Source: Chrysomallon squamiferum (taxonomy: Eukaryota; Animalia; Mollusca). Taken from it: a stretch of 64,000 nucleotides of DNA. A program made the translations under genes and the position numbers. Each line of letters starts with the position of its first letter. The stretch's first letter is position 1. Positions 1 through 15,333 of this stretch are shown piece by piece. The notes below the pieces were generated by a model, which was given only the letters and a program-made list of their open reading frames with translations, had not been told where the DNA came from and searched no databases. Location of the stretch: positions 23,374,001 to 23,438,000 of the forward strand of contig CM022679.1 of the NCBI GenBank assembly GCA_012295275.1. Direction: 5' to 3'.

Positions 1-958
1 ACGTAACTCCCGTTTGTGAAAAATGAACCCTCGAGATTGCCGCGTGCCGATAAGCGCGGTGTTCCGCCTCGCGGAGCTCCGCATCTCGTCTGCAAACTGA
101 AATGATACGAGGTCGAGGCTATTGTGTGACAAAGTTCACGCGCGCTTCCCCTCCGGGCGCACGCAACCCTAAACTCGTCTCTGCCATTTCCTGTCTTAGG
201 AGAAAGCGTCACAAGAAAAGAAAAAAAAAAAAAAAAATTTTATCCATCAGCTATCGACTTCTTGCCTTTTAACTATCCCCGATAGCAAATATATAAATCA
301 AACTTGTTTCTGGTGCTAAAAGCCGCTTATAAATAGCACTGTGTTGAGCTTTTGAGAGCGTTATTAATTACAAAACGAGTTATCATAAAAATAAGTCTAA
401 ATTTAGAAACGGTGACTGATAGGGCTGAGTTTTATTTTTTCTTCAAAGTTACTGAAATAAGTGAGCATTTACGGCGCCGTAATTTGAACAGTTTATAAAT
501 AATTTTCGACATATGTTTTAGTTAGGTAAAAGAAAAGAAAAACAAAGATATTTTCGTTCACTACGTGGTGTGAAGAAATGCCGAACACAGATAACTAACA
601 AAATGTTGACCTTGTGTGTCATCTACGGCACATAAATAACGTACTGCTGGAGAAAAACTGCGTATTTAACGATCACGTATGGAAAAATTAATTATTAGTA
701 ATCCCTTCAACGTAAAAGCGATTATATATATATGTGCCATGTCTGATATAAAGAGAACGAACAATAGAACGACAGACAGAAAGATGAAGATAAATATGGA
801 GAGAGAAAAAACAACAAAAAAAACAGTCAGGCTCACTATGGCTGTTAATCTTTTGTTTTTCTCTGCATTTTCTGTATTTCTTAAGTATTCATTTGGAATT
901 TTCAGTACATTTCGTCCTGTTACTGCTGCTGCTGCTACTACTAGTACTGCGTCAATTG

Positions 959-989
<31 letters not shown>

Positions 990-1105
990 TGATGATGATG
1001 ATGATGATGATAAGTACGTACCGCGATAATTTATATGCGATATTCACTTTTAAATTATATTTACAATTCGATCTGCTTTTCTTGTTGTATGTGTGTGTGT
1101 ATGTA

Positions 1106-1142
<37 letters not shown>

Positions 1143-1619
1143 TCTAAACATCGAGTATGTTTCAGCTGTAAAACAAAACAGTATTTTTTCTTCTCTCGCG
1201 ACCCAGACCGCGCAGTTAAATAAATCTCGAGACGGTTGCGCTGTTGTTGTTGCTGCCGATGTCGTCATTTCGGCGTGTTTTATTAATGCACTGACGCAGC
1301 TCGATACTGCGGATACCGTTTACGACTTTAGACGAGATCTGCTGATACGAATGTCGATGCGGTTGTAAACGACTGATGCAGAATGATGGATTTATGAAAG
1401 CGGCATTAGCGTGCTTCAGGATCGTGTAAAGATTTTATTGTAGGTACACCGCGGTGCGCGCCTTTTGCGGCGCGATTTACCACAAGCATCAGCAGCAAGA
1501 ACAATGGATGTGTTTTTTGCCTTTGATTAATTACAAATGTCCAGTAAATATCAATACGGGAAATAGATGTCTTCCGAATCAACAAATGATATAAATTAAA
1601 CGATAATAGTTGTTTCTAA

Positions 1620-1991
1620 TGATAGAAAGAAAGAAAGAAGAGAAAGAAAGAAAGAAAGAGGAAAGGATGCAAGGAGGGAAGAAAGAAAATATTATGAAAA
1701 TTTAAGAACGAAGAATGAATGAAAGAAAATGGGAAGGACGGAATGCCAGGGAAAAAAAAAAATAATAATAAAAAGCAAGAAAGAAATGTGTAAAAATAGA
1801 AAGAAAAGCTGAAACACGAAAAAACGAATAAAAATTGGCGAATAAAGAAGAAAGGAGAAAAAGTTCCCAAATGAAGGCAACAACGAAAGAAAGAAAAAGA
1901 CAGAAAGAAGAATGAATGAATGAATGAATGAATGAAAATAAAGTCCAAAAGTAAAGACGTGAAAAGAGAAAGAAAGAAAACTAAGAAGTGA

Positions 1992-2039
<48 letters not shown>

Positions 2040-2080
2040 AAAAATAATGAAAAGAAAGTAAGAGATAAAGGGGGAGAAAT
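1620..2080. repeat. Polypurine (GAAA)n/(GAAT)n-derived tract
   Basis: About 460 bp purine-rich, with a pure (GAAA)n core at ~1990-2040. Confidence 0.85.
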
Positions 2081-2456
2081 GATTACTGTTAAAATGATAA
2101 TTATGGTCTACAGGACCCACGGTTTTCTCTAGTCCAAGCTCTTGACATGGCAGCCTTGAGTTACCAGTAATTTTACTCAATTAAATTGAGTCGATTCTCG
2201 CATTTTGCCTCCTTAATTATAGATTTTTGCCATCTGATGTGGGTCACGCTGTTCACAAAACACTGGGAAATGGCTTCGTGGCCGTGTTTTCGTAACAGAA
2301 GGAAATACCGTTTAATTTGACTGAAATTTGGGAAATTTTCCCTTTAATCGTTTGTTTATTCGTTCATTTGTTATTTCGCTCGTTCGTTCTTTTCATTTAT
2401 TTTATTCTGTTGTTGATAATAATAATAATAATAATGCGATACAGATGTACTTCATT

Positions 2457-2488
<32 letters not shown>

Positions 2489-5400
2489 TAATCATACTTA
2501 TTTACAAAGTAAATTATATATAGCTAAGTTATTTATTGAAACAATTAACGATTTATTTACTCCAAACTACGAATTTTTTCTTCTATATTTTATTTACTAA
2601 AGTTATGTATTTTTTATTTACTGAGATTTTTCTTTCTTTATTTCTTTATTTATTTATTTATTTATTATTATTTTTTTTTATTTATTTTACTTTATTTTTT
2701 TACTGCTGGTCTAGTGATTTATTTACTTTCTAATTTATTTCACTACAAAATTTCATGTCCTCTTCTTCTTCATCTTCCCAGTTATCATCATGTGATTAAA
2801 CAGGTGACATCAATTACCGATTTTTCACACCTTCCAACATCTTTGAGAAGACACGAGAATTTAAAAAATAAAGTACAGAGGAAAAAGAAGGAGTCGGGAA
2901 CCGAAACGTATTATAAAAGAAACTGTTTGTTGTACGGATTCGTATGATTTGTTAGGGCTGAAAAGAACCGAGGCATTACTTGCGTAACATTAACAGTTTC
3001 ATTTCGTATCAAAGTGCAAGGCGAAACCCTAGAAATAATCGGTTAGTCCTGTGATGTTTCTTTGTCTTCGTTGGCGGTGTTTTGTATTGACCGCTTTTTA
3101 AAGGGGCATTAACGCAAGTTGCTTGCCCGACTAAACAGCCGAGGGCGATCCTACAGTAATCAGTAAACACCATCTTTGGAGAGTCGAACTTTGACACTAA
3201 ATACATATTTACTTTGCTGTTTGTCAAAGTCCGTTCGACTTTTCCAAGGATAATCATTAATAAGAAGAAGAATTTTTAAAAATATATATATAAATAAATA
3301 AACAAGATAATATAATCAGTCGTGTAGTAAACTTTTATGAAATGTCACGCTGAGTATAATATCGAAAATTAATAAATGAATAAATAAATAAATAATAAAT
3401 GGGCTTTATTAAGTATATTAACATTTTTTTTATTATTTATTTATTAGTTTACTAAAAAGAAAAACAGCGGAATCTGATTTTACAATTTAGTTTGGCGCAT
3501 CTGTTAAAACGGAACTTTTGAAAACTTTATTTTTTTAATCAATTGCTTTTAAGATTTTATATCGTGCCGCCTTCATCGGTACACATGTCCGCAAATATTT
3601 AACCCATTTACTAGCCTTAATTCACATATTCTTATAGCACTTTCCGTCCATAATTCGCAACAAAGAAATCCCTGCATCGACGTACACACCCCGTCGTGTA
3701 ATATTTGAACGACTTCGTGAAAGAAAACAAAGTTAGGGCCGTCGCTTCATTACTGAAAAGGGGCGGGACTCTCGGTATTGACAATACGCGGGAAAATGTC
3801 ACTTGGGAGTAAGCAAACTATGCAGGCGCATTTCGGAGATAGCGATAATGGCTGACGGAGTTATGTCAATCAATAACATCTGTTCTACGCGCCTACGAAA
3901 ACCCAACCATGATTACACAGTCGTCTCCAAGACTCTGTGTTGTGTTTTTACAATTACATACAAGTTGTTTCCCCCCCCCCTCACGTGTGTTGCCGATACG
4001 CCGAAGCGACTGTATTAAATAACAGCATCAGCTAACCGGAAGTCGGGTGACGTCATCGAATGTCTGTTGGAAACGTTACGCCATATTTCTTTTTTTTTTT
4101 TTTTCACTTTCTTCTTCGACTTTTTTTCTTCTTTTTTTTTCCACTTTTTTCTTGTCTCACTTTCGCAGGATGTATATTTATCCATTGCGCACGTGCGCAT
4201 ATTTATGAGTACGCGAATTCAAAGAATTATGGTTAAGCGGGATGTATTATTTTTTTTCTTCTTAGTAGTAATACCAGCTTTCTCGATATAATTACATAAT
4301 TATATATTCATTTTTTTTTCTTTCGCTCTTCTGTCTACATCTATCTTGTCTGTTTATCTATCTATCTATCTATAAACCTACCTATCTGCCTATCTTCTAT
4401 CTATCTATCTGTCTGTCTAGCTATCTATCTCTCTGCCTTCCTATCTGTCTATATACCTATTTATTTTCCATCGTTAATTAATCAAATCTCGTTCTTTCTG
4501 TATTTATCGGCGTCTTTCTCTCTCACTCTCTCTAATTAAAATTTCCTACCCTTCTCTTCGCCTAAGATAAGTGGAAAATTTTTGGAGCTGAAGGTCAATA
4601 ACTTTGACCTTTTGTTCAAACCGAAAAACGTGTCTTACGGATCCGTAATCCGCGGATGCCTCTGTTTCGCCACGGCGTGGCGTGTTTGAGTGAACACGGT
4701 CACCAAAATAGATCCTCGAGCCTGTGAAACACGCGTGTTTGCGAGCGAGATAGGAGAGCTCGATAAATCGCTATTTTCGTCGGAAAAACAAAGAAAGAAT
4801 CGCCACAGATGAAAAAAAAAGGGACGAGAAGAAAACAAACAAAACAAGAGATGTTATACTCATTAAAAAAAATTAAATGTTTTAGTTTTGTTACTTTGCA
4901 TTAATGTTTGATTCATTGTTTAATTATTATTTGTTATTATTTACTTTCTGGTTATTTATATAGTTGAAAAAGCATTGCTAATGTCTATCGCAAATATACA
5001 ATTTCGTATGTCTTCCAGTCAAAATTCAGTATGTTTATTTATTTACTTTTCGAGATATCTGTTTCTGTTGTTATTTTTATTAGTTGCTGCTGAGTTTATT
5101 TCAACAGTATTCTGGGATATTAATATGATCTACAAAATGTTCTCTGTGTGAAAAAAAAAAAGTATTTTAATAATAAAATAATTTATCTGTTTAAATCAAT
5201 GACAAATTGAATAAATAATAACATTTGTCTAAACCTTCAGTTCCTTGAAATGTACGTGTGTGGAAGTCTGTTACTTATTTATTTATTTATTTATTTCTGA
5301 TTTGCGTATTTCATTTTGTGTTAAAGTTTCAATAACGTAACCATAAATTTACTAAATTAACGACAATACATACGTCGCCATGTTACAGAAGAAACAGTGC

Positions 5401-6474
5401 ATTAAAACCGAAACTGAAACATATACCCTCTTTACCTCCGCCCTACCTACCTATCTATCTATTTGTCAGTCTGTCTAAGTCTAATAATAATTTGCAGATA
5501 AACTGCTTCTCTCTCTAGCTTGATTCCCCACTTTCTCGTAAATACGGTTTTACGTATAAGAACGCTATACAAGTATTTAGGTCATACGCTACGCCGGCGC
5601 GGCCATTTAACACAATAAAAGTGATTGAAAGCCAAGTAACTTGAGTGTCGATACTTTTCTTTGTTCATGTAACCGCGTTCACTCAGCAGCACGTCAACAA
5701 TTTTGGCAAAAAAAAAATATAATAATAATAATAATACTCAAAACGTGTACTAACAAACCTACTCCATTTTTATTCCTTTCTTTTCTTACTCCTTTTCTTT
5801 CTTTATTTTTTTTTTCTTTTTTCATTTCGAAGCGTGACTATCAAATGACATTCCCGCGCTTTTGGGTTTCGCTCCAACAGACAAAGAAAGAACGGGGAGA
5901 AACTGCGTCCTGCATGCAAAACGATAAGAAAAAAAAAAAAAAAAAAAAAAATCTTATTTGATTTAGTAGCAGCACAAAAAAAGCGAGCGCGCATGACCCA
6001 GCGTTTCACGGGCAATCAAAACGAACGCGTCCAACTTTTATGTAAAGCGATATGGCCAAGTTACGACTCCGTAATTTCTTCATGGCACGCACGCTTTCAA
6101 CAAAGTTTGCTCGCTATCGTGTGCTATTTTGGGAGAAATGGTTCATTAAGAACCTTCGTTATTTCTTTGACGCCACTGAACGTAGACAAAGGCTGGTTTC
6201 GAAACGAGGTTTAAAAATAAATAACACGAGTAAAAAGGCCTGTAAAAGTCTGCGCTGAAATTTATGCAGTTGCGATCGAACATTTATGACAAGGTGTAAA
6301 ACAAAGCTAACAAAAAAAAAAGACAAAAAAGGGGACATAATATTATTTAAGAGTAAATTTAACAGTATGTTTTTGAAATGTTAAGTACCGCAGCTGTCAT
6401 ATATGTACAGAAATCGATTTAAACCGTTATTGTATTATTCATATACTTGAGTGTGTGTGCGTGTGTGTGTTTGT

Positions 6475-6510
<36 letters not shown>

Positions 6511-8324
6511 CTGAGAATAACAATTTTTTTCCTCATTATGTTATGACTGAATTAATTAATTAATTGCGGGATTACTAAGTGCAACCTAACACCACAACCG
6601 CCAATTTTTCTAAAACGCTTACACAAAAGAATACATTACAATAACGACAACAGTAGATATTACACAAACTTCATCATCAACAACAACAACAACAACAACA
6701 ACAGCAACAACATCAACATCAATAACAACAACAATTGTTTTCGTTTACAAGAACCAGATGAAAATCGCGTATCCCTGGAACTTGTGCAGCGCAGCCATCC
6801 CGCCCTAGTTTCCGCTCTGGAAGAAGCTGTAAAACGTACAGGATGTTTTGGACGTTAACTTTCGTCACGCGGTTTCTCCGAGGCTTTCGTTTCCTGCCAT
6901 ACTGGATCACCCCGTTTTTAGCAGGTTAACGAGTCACACGATACACGAAATCTTTGTATTACATTCACACAGCCACCTCGATATGCCGCGATACACGGTC
7001 CTGCGTTAATAGGTTCATTTTATATACGTCATCACGTCATTCGTCTGTAACAAAACGCCCGTATTATAGATATTATATTATTATTATGTCGTTGATGTTG
7101 TTGTTGTCGTTGATGCTAAACGAATACAGAACGAAGCGAGCTCTGACGAAAACGAATAACAGTTATGATTTATTAATTGCCGCACTTTGAATAAAATGTT
7201 AAAAGTATCGCGTGTTGCTTAAATAAATTACACTATTTTAATAATCTACGAAACTTTGCTGGGATAATGAAAAGACGTAATGGAAAGACATTTGATGAAA
7301 TCTACGACGTCGTCTCCTTTTTCATTCTTTTTTTAGTTCTTCTTCAGAATAATTAATAAGAATGGAAAAGACTCTAAAATTATTATGTTATAAAAATATT
7401 TATGAGAAAAAAAAAAATGTTTTTAATTTTAATCCTTACACCATTATCAAACCAAAATTACCTTACTGAATTTTACAATTGTGAAAATGAAAGTGAAACT
7501 TAAAAAAAAAGAGATGAAACCAACATAATTACCAACAACAACGATATCTCGGTAAATAACAAACAATAACAACCACAGTGCTAACCAAACCAACAACAGC
7601 AACAGCAGCAACAACAACAACAACAACAACAACACAACAACAATATTGTACATAATAAATAAAGCGTCGGTTTTAAAAGCAGCGGTGTTTTCGTCATGAT
7701 AAATTTAAATGTCAAAAATAAATTATTTACCCCCGAAGCTGCTGATCAGTTATTGATTAGCACGCAAGTCTGGACCACGATTGATAACAACTATCCGACC
7801 GTGCCCTTGGGCCCCAAAATCCGATACTCTGGTTTTTCAGTGCGTCTACGGCGGAATTTTAACACGATACACTAGTGATTTTGACGATCAAGAATAGCCT
7901 AATACAGAAAACGTGGCGACGCAGAAATACGTGAACATTGTCAGACACGATTCAGAACGTTTAATGAATACAATGAAATGAATCATTATCATTATTGTTG
8001 TTGTTTCTGGGTGGGGTTTTTTTTTTTTCTTTCTTTTTTTATTAATATTAATAAAAGAAAAAAGAAAGAAAGCAATAATGATAATGATAATAATTTTTAC
8101 ATATATATAACGTTTTTAATTTCTCTTCTTTCTTTTTTTCTCTAGGTGATGAGAGTTTCAAACTATTGAATTAAACTTATTTTAAACATTTTTGTTTTTA
8201 TCTATCTTTGTAATTAGTATGTATGCTTTAATTATAAATACACAAGCGGACCCGAAATATAAAACATGCAGAAATACAAACATCTTTACGGACACCCCGT
8301 ACACACATTCGCATTTGAAAAACC

Positions 8325-8372
<48 letters not shown>

Positions 8373-8796
8373 ATAAGTGATATTCAATTCCCTTTTTTTC
8401 TTCTTCTTTTTTTTTTGTTCCCTTTCTCAGATCAGGTGTTAAGTTCGTTACGCTTCAATCATTAACAGCAATTCACTTCGCATTCAAGCAACGTTCGAGT
8501 ACGTTTGAATATTTTCTCTCCAACGTCTATCAACTGCGCAGACGTGAAACTTGCCACAAGACGTCACGTTATACATTGTTAGCATCTGGATCACTGCCAA
8601 AAATATCTGCGGTCTTTGAAAAGACTGACTCGGATAATCATTTGTTAGACGCAGTAGATATTACGTACTTTGAAAATAATAATAATAATAATAATAATAA
8701 AGTGGATGTATCCTGTCTTTATCACAGTTAGTAAGAGATTATTAATCAAAATAATCAAGAGATTAATAACGTGTTGTGGAATTTAGCGTCAATGTC

Positions 8797-8842
<46 letters not shown>

Positions 8843-10132
8843 AGAGAGAGAGAGAGAGAGAGAGGGAGATGGAAAAAGACAGAGGGGCTTTAAGAGGAGA
8901 AAAAATATATTGGATTTCTCTGACGATTTGTATTTACGATACCAAGTGAATTTTTCATTTCCGTTGAAAAAAACGTTTTAAAAAAAAAAAAAAAAAAAAG
9001 TTTATTACTCGAGTCAACATGGCAGACATAGTAAGACAGCAATTGCGTCGGAAGTAGTCGGAGACAGACGCGATGTTAGGCCGCGGATTAATCAAAAGTT
9101 ACTGATTAAGCGAACGTGATACCTAGACTTCGTGTCTCTAGCTATTTCCACTCAATCGATAGCTGGTACATCTCTTTTGAAAACAGTTCAAGCAACATTA
9201 ATTAGAAACGGTCGAACATAGACAGTTCACCTTTTTCAAAAGAGCGCCTGGTCAGTCCGTTATTGGCTTCTGTTTGACAGCCGTAGTTTCGAATCTGCTA
9301 GGACGGCTGCATTTTCAAGTGACAGAAAAAAGACGGAAAGAAGAAAGAATACACACATAGCGATCTATTGATTAAAAAAAAAAACGATGGATGGATGGAT
9401 GGATGGATAAGTTGACTGATTAATTAACTGACTAACTGATCGTTCGATCGAATGACAGATTAAACAGAAACGTATCGACAGATAAATACAGAAACATTAC
9501 ATTATGCGCTGTTAAGAAATATTGCAATTGCTTACTTTTCTTTTTACGACTTTTCACGAAATATAAAACGTGAAAGGTAATAACGAAGCAATGAACATTT
9601 TAGCATTTAGATAAGATATTTCAGTATTCAAACTGATCGTTTTCACAAGCGGAGATTTAGGCTCTTGATAAAACTGTTTAGCAAATGATATCCATCAGTT
9701 AACAAATGTGAATATCATGAAAGCTCTGAGTAAAATCTATAAAACTCCGGATACAGTCATTAAATTCCACAGACGCGCTACATCTGTTATCAGTCTATTC
9801 ACTCGTAAAAAATGCATAGCAGCGAGATCAAAAATACTGGTCACATCTCGCATACGTTATTTCGTTCAGTCTGAAATAGAATCTCTCTCTCTCTCTCTCT
9901 CTCTCTCTGCTCTCTCTCTCTCTCTCTCTGTGTATGTGTGTGCGAATGTGATTCTTTATTTCTCCATCCATCCTTCCATCAATCGAGCCATCTACTTTTT
10001 CTCTCTCGCATATTCACACTTAACTATACTATTTAAATTGTGTTTCTGGTGCTATTACAAACAGGACCACAATACACCACTTAAATTAATTTCTAAGTAC
10101 TTCAATGATAATTTAATTAATTTGATAACTAA

Positions 10133-10163
<31 letters not shown>

Positions 10164-10752
10164 CCATCAAAACGGACACGACCGAAATGAAGAGTCCCCA
10201 GTATGTACACCCATACACGACTTGCTAACGAGCATCTATTTAACTTTCGTGTCTACACGTTAAATAAAGGTTTGCATGCGACGCCGACATGCGGAGACGA
10301 CGGGGCCGAAACGTCGTCGCCATAGCAACACGCGTGTTGACCCAAATGAACGCGACAGAACCACGTCAAAAGGACACTGGACGGTCACTTAGGGTGTAAC
10401 AAAATCGCTTCTTTGTATCGCCGTGTGGTGTTTATGTCCTCGCTCGTTTTTCGGTTACTACCTCTGAATTTACCACATGCAGTGCTTTTGTATAATGCTT
10501 AGATGGGTTTTTCTATGCCGTCACTGAAGCATGAATAAATAATTAAAGTACAATAAAAAATAAAAAAATAAATAAAAGTTTTAATTTTATGGTACGTATG
10601 AGAGAGTAAAATGAAAAAATTAAAGATTTCATTATTATTATTAGTAGTAGTAGTAGTAGCGGTAGTAATAGTAGTGGTAGTGGTAGTAGTAGTAATGGTT
10701 GTTGCTGTTGTTGTTATTATCATGATTATGATGATGAATGATGATGATGATG

Positions 10753-10812
<60 letters not shown>

Positions 10813-11495
10813 ATGGATTATTAATATAAAGTAATAAATATAATAGTTAATTATCATCTTCTTCGTTTTTGCCATTATTTCTTTAAAAAAACATTACTTA
10901 ATATTAACACAAGGAAATTCGTTTATAAATTCGTCTGATCCCAGCGCCCTACTCTGATAGCTGAGAAGGCACGACTTATTGCATCAGTTTCGCTACAACC
11001 ATTCATGCGTAATAATCGAATGACGTCAGCAAAAGACTGCCGTGAAATAAGCACGTTTTCCTAGTAGACGACATTCGTCTTAAATAACATTTCAGCTGAC
11101 ATCATGTGATCCGTGATCGCTGGTAGCGTGTTAAAATTGATGAGATTCGACTGTCACATACGTCATAGTTTTGTCTGTTTTTAATTTAGTTTATTATCGG
11201 AACGAGGATGTTATCACAACTACCGAGTGACCCCGAAGAAGTGGCATTCTTTGTCTGAAATGCAAGCGTAAAATTATGACGTCAGAGAAAAGTCCGTACG
11301 GAATGCTCGCGTGATCTTAGTTATTTTTAATTATTATTTATTATCTTTAGCATTCAAATGATAGCCAAAACGTGATCATATTTAAACTGCACACATAATC
11401 GTAATTTACATTAAATAGCATTTAGCTGAATTATGTGTTTTCTGAAGTAATGACCCATAACTGCTATCTGGGAAAGTTCCCACCCAGGAGAATCT

Positions 11496-11529
<34 letters not shown>

Positions 11530-12416
11530 CTTTTCTCATAAATTTGAAACGGAATATAGTTAACAAACGCATAAATAATAATATCTTGCAATCGATCACT
11601 GTAGCAATACTATTTTCCTTTTCTTCTTTTTTTAAAAATATATATAGCCAAAGGTCAAAAGGTGTGACAGCCGTTCGAGCGCCGAATCGTTAACCCACTT
11701 TGTTTCTCATTCAGGATGTTTGCATATGATGACGCAAATAAAAAAGTAATAAAAACAATTACTATGGTAATTAAAAAGGCGGTATGAATACTTACAATGA
11801 CATTTATTGGCCAGTTTTGCAAAACAAAGTTACACAGTTTTAAATTTTCTGTACGACGGTAATGATACAAACTACGACAGTAACAATGCTAATTAAAACT
11901 ATTTAAAGAAAGAAGAAGAAATATCAAGCAGGATGAAAACAAATGGGAGCAGAATTTAAGGACAAGTTCGAAAATTAAAGATAAAATAAATGTCTAGCAA
12001 CTCCATTTCTGTTTAGATGAAAAGCATTATTCCTAAACATGGTTTATTTGAATCTCAGAAGAATTTCAGTTAGCGTTTTGATACTCCTCGTTTTGTTTCA
12101 GGTTCAAAATTCAGCGTTATTCTGTTTAGAAACACTAATCGCAATTACTGAATTAAATATCGTAACTTCCAGTGATGTAAATACTACCAGCTCATGAAAT
12201 ATGTTACCTTTTTATAAAAAAAAAAAAAAAAAAAATCTAGACGTTTTCCTAACTCACATTACCATTAATATTAAAATGTATTCATATTCAGATGTCGTTA
12301 AATCAAATTAAAATTTCCGACTTTCGTTTATTCTATCCCTTTTTTTCTCTTCTTCTTCTTATTCTTCTTTTTATATATAAATTTTTATTTTTCGTTGTTG
12401 TTTTTTTTTATTTATT

Positions 12417-12453
<37 letters not shown>

Positions 12454-12763
12454 ATATCAGTTAGAACTTAGAGTAGTTTAGAAATATTATCAGTTTTTCG
12501 ACAAAATGAAAAAGCGTTGACGTTTATTAGGCTATAATTAACACAAGAGATACGGAAACGTAATTACCCAGTGTTTTTACGACATAAGCCGATGTACAAA
12601 CAAAGCAGATAAAATACAAACCCCAAGTGACTGATGTGTTCTCTGCTCGACAGAACAATTCACGTCAGAAAAATTACACCGAGCTAGTTATGTGTTTGTG
12701 TTTATATGTAAGTTTATATTCACAGTACATAAATAACAGGATATCGACTGTTTAGATTAGTGC

Positions 12764-12767
<4 letters not shown>

Positions 12768-12830
<63 letters not shown>
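12768..12830. repeat. (CT)n microsatellite
   Basis: Pure dinucleotide run. Confidence 0.95.
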
Positions 12831-12834
<4 letters not shown>

Positions 12835-14317
12835 TTTCTTTCATGACGTTCATGAAAAATTCCATACATTTTTTATCAATCTCTTGAATATTTCGATTAA
12901 TAATCTCTTACTGACTGATAAAGACGAGAAACATCCAGTTTATTATTATTATTATTTTCAAACTACGTAATATCTACTGCGTCTAACATATTATTTCAAT
13001 TAGTTCAATTTAGCATTCATGCCCCCAGACTTTATTTTCACCCAGCTTTACCCTTCCTTCATTAAATATAATATCAGACTGGTTCCGCTTATATCTCTGC
13101 TAACTGCATTTCAGTTCGTTCCGGGCATGGGGTACGTACGTACGAGTCTAAGCAGACGAGACCATATGTGGATAATGTGAATGCGAGTTGATTGCGCATG
13201 ACTTTAACGTTTTCCACGTGTACGTGTTTGACTGGTGGCGAGATCTTTTTACATCCGCGGCCCTCCATTGTGCGGCTTATACTCGTGTAAACAAACACAT
13301 CCTCGAAATATCTGGAGCGTTTCATGCCCAGGTAATATTACGTCGATTAATCTTGGTCCGTATCGTCCGGTCCCCGCGGGAATCATTATCAGATAAGCTA
13401 AAAGCCAGCGAAGCGTCGTAAACTAGCGCAAATTTCATACTTTGTCGAGTTCCAATTCTCCAGCACGTAAATAACCGGTTTGCTATAACATTATATCTTT
13501 TTTTTTTTTAAGTATCATAATTTTCTTTTAGTCACCCCTTTGTGCGTTTTATCTTTTCGTTCTTTAGTAAGAAGTTGTCATGGTTTTTCTGACTGCTTGC
13601 CAACTATTTTTTATATTTTTATATTTTTATATTTTTATTTTTTTTTTTTTTTATTTATTTTTTTTTTTTTTTTTTTGGCTTCGCATAAATGAAACGAGAA
13701 CTCAAATGCATGCATGCATCCACGTCTATAATACACACATACACCGTAGTAGCAAAAATAATGTTATAGCCTATAAATATATTAATTGGACAATCAGCAT
13801 TATCGAGCTTTAAACGAAAGGCGTGAGAATTACGAAAACGCTCCGATATGTTCGTAAACATGAAAAGCTTGGATCGATCGCCATTATAATGAATCCTTGT
13901 TATTATTATCGGGAATTTGCTGAGGGAAAAAAGTTTTTTTCCTAGACAATGGGAAAAGTTTGCGAATAACGACCGGCAGAGGCCGCCATCTTGGTTTAAA
14001 GCCGCTTCGCGTCAAACCTAATCGATGAAGCTTATTGGCTGATTCGCTTAAATTTTGTACGGCACGAGCCGGCTGTGGAAAAACCTCACTTGTGATAAAA
14101 GTCACGAAAGTGTTTCGAAAAGGATTGACTAACTCATAAAAGAAAGCGTCGTTTGCCATTCTTGGTTTAAGATGGTCGCTACTAAAAACATGGCTCCAAA
14201 GCTTGGTTTTGGAAATAGAGAGAGAGAGGAACAAACGCGAAAACCGTTAAGTAACTATTAAAAAAAATAAAGTCAACAGACTACGACATTGTTTGTTTAA
14301 TATAAAAACTAAATAAA

Positions 14318-14318
14318 A

Positions 14319-14410
<92 letters not shown>
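14318..14410. repeat. (GA)n microsatellite
   Basis: Near-pure dinucleotide run. Confidence 0.95.
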
Positions 14411-14412
<2 letters not shown>

Positions 14413-15010
14413 CACAAATACGAATTAAATGCCAAGTTCTGAGATATCAAAACACGAAATTCACTTCACAACATGTCTTGATATAATTCCCTGTATTGTA
14501 TTATTTGTTTGTAACATGGTAAAAATAAACAGACAAAGAAAGAAAGATCAAAAACAAAATGTTAACATATGTTTGCATAATTTCAAAGGGAATAAAGAAT
14601 TTGACCATTAAAAACACGAACTGTCAGTGGGCGGAATTATTCATTATCAGTTTTGAAAACAAAACTGTAAATAAACATCCTTTATAGTGCTTCAGCGTTA
14701 TCCGAAAATAATCAGTTATTTAATTTGTGTTGTGGTTGTAGTATAGTCCGTTTCTGTATGGTTTGTTGTTTCTTTGTGTGCGTGCGTGTTGTAAAGGTTG
14801 CAGTACAATTTAATTATATATTATATATTTTTATTTAATTACTTACTTATTTGTTTTTACTCAAGTCCTGTAATTTCATAGCTATTGCTTATTTATTTAT
14901 TTTATATTTCAAAAATAACTGTTGCTGTTGTGTTTGTATTTACATTTTGTTTAATTATTTTTAATTTTTTTACACTACAGATGAATTATTTTTTTTATTA
15001 TTATTATTAT

Positions 15011-15051
<41 letters not shown>

Positions 15052-15298
15052 AATATATGTGTATAATTATTTTTATTGTTTTGTTTCCGCTCATTTATAA
15101 AAAAAAAAAAAAAAAAAAAAACTGAAGGTATTAACATTGAGAAATTCAAATAACACGTGTTACAAACCACGTAACAGGGAACATCTGCTACAAGGTCTTT
15201 GCATGAATTCATCTCACTAACATTTTTGGTTCAAACGAAATCAATTATGAATAATAAAAAAAAAACTTCGTTTTTCTTTCTCTGTTTTGTTTATATAT

Positions 15299-15333
<35 letters not shown>

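Noticed and set aside
679-1368. Cluster of overlapping ORFs with poly-N/D/I/M
   Set aside because: Microsatellite artefacts, like most ORFs in the track.
13089-13421. Possible further exon of the SAND gene
   Set aside because: No recognisable homology and no convincing minus-strand acceptor/donor pair.
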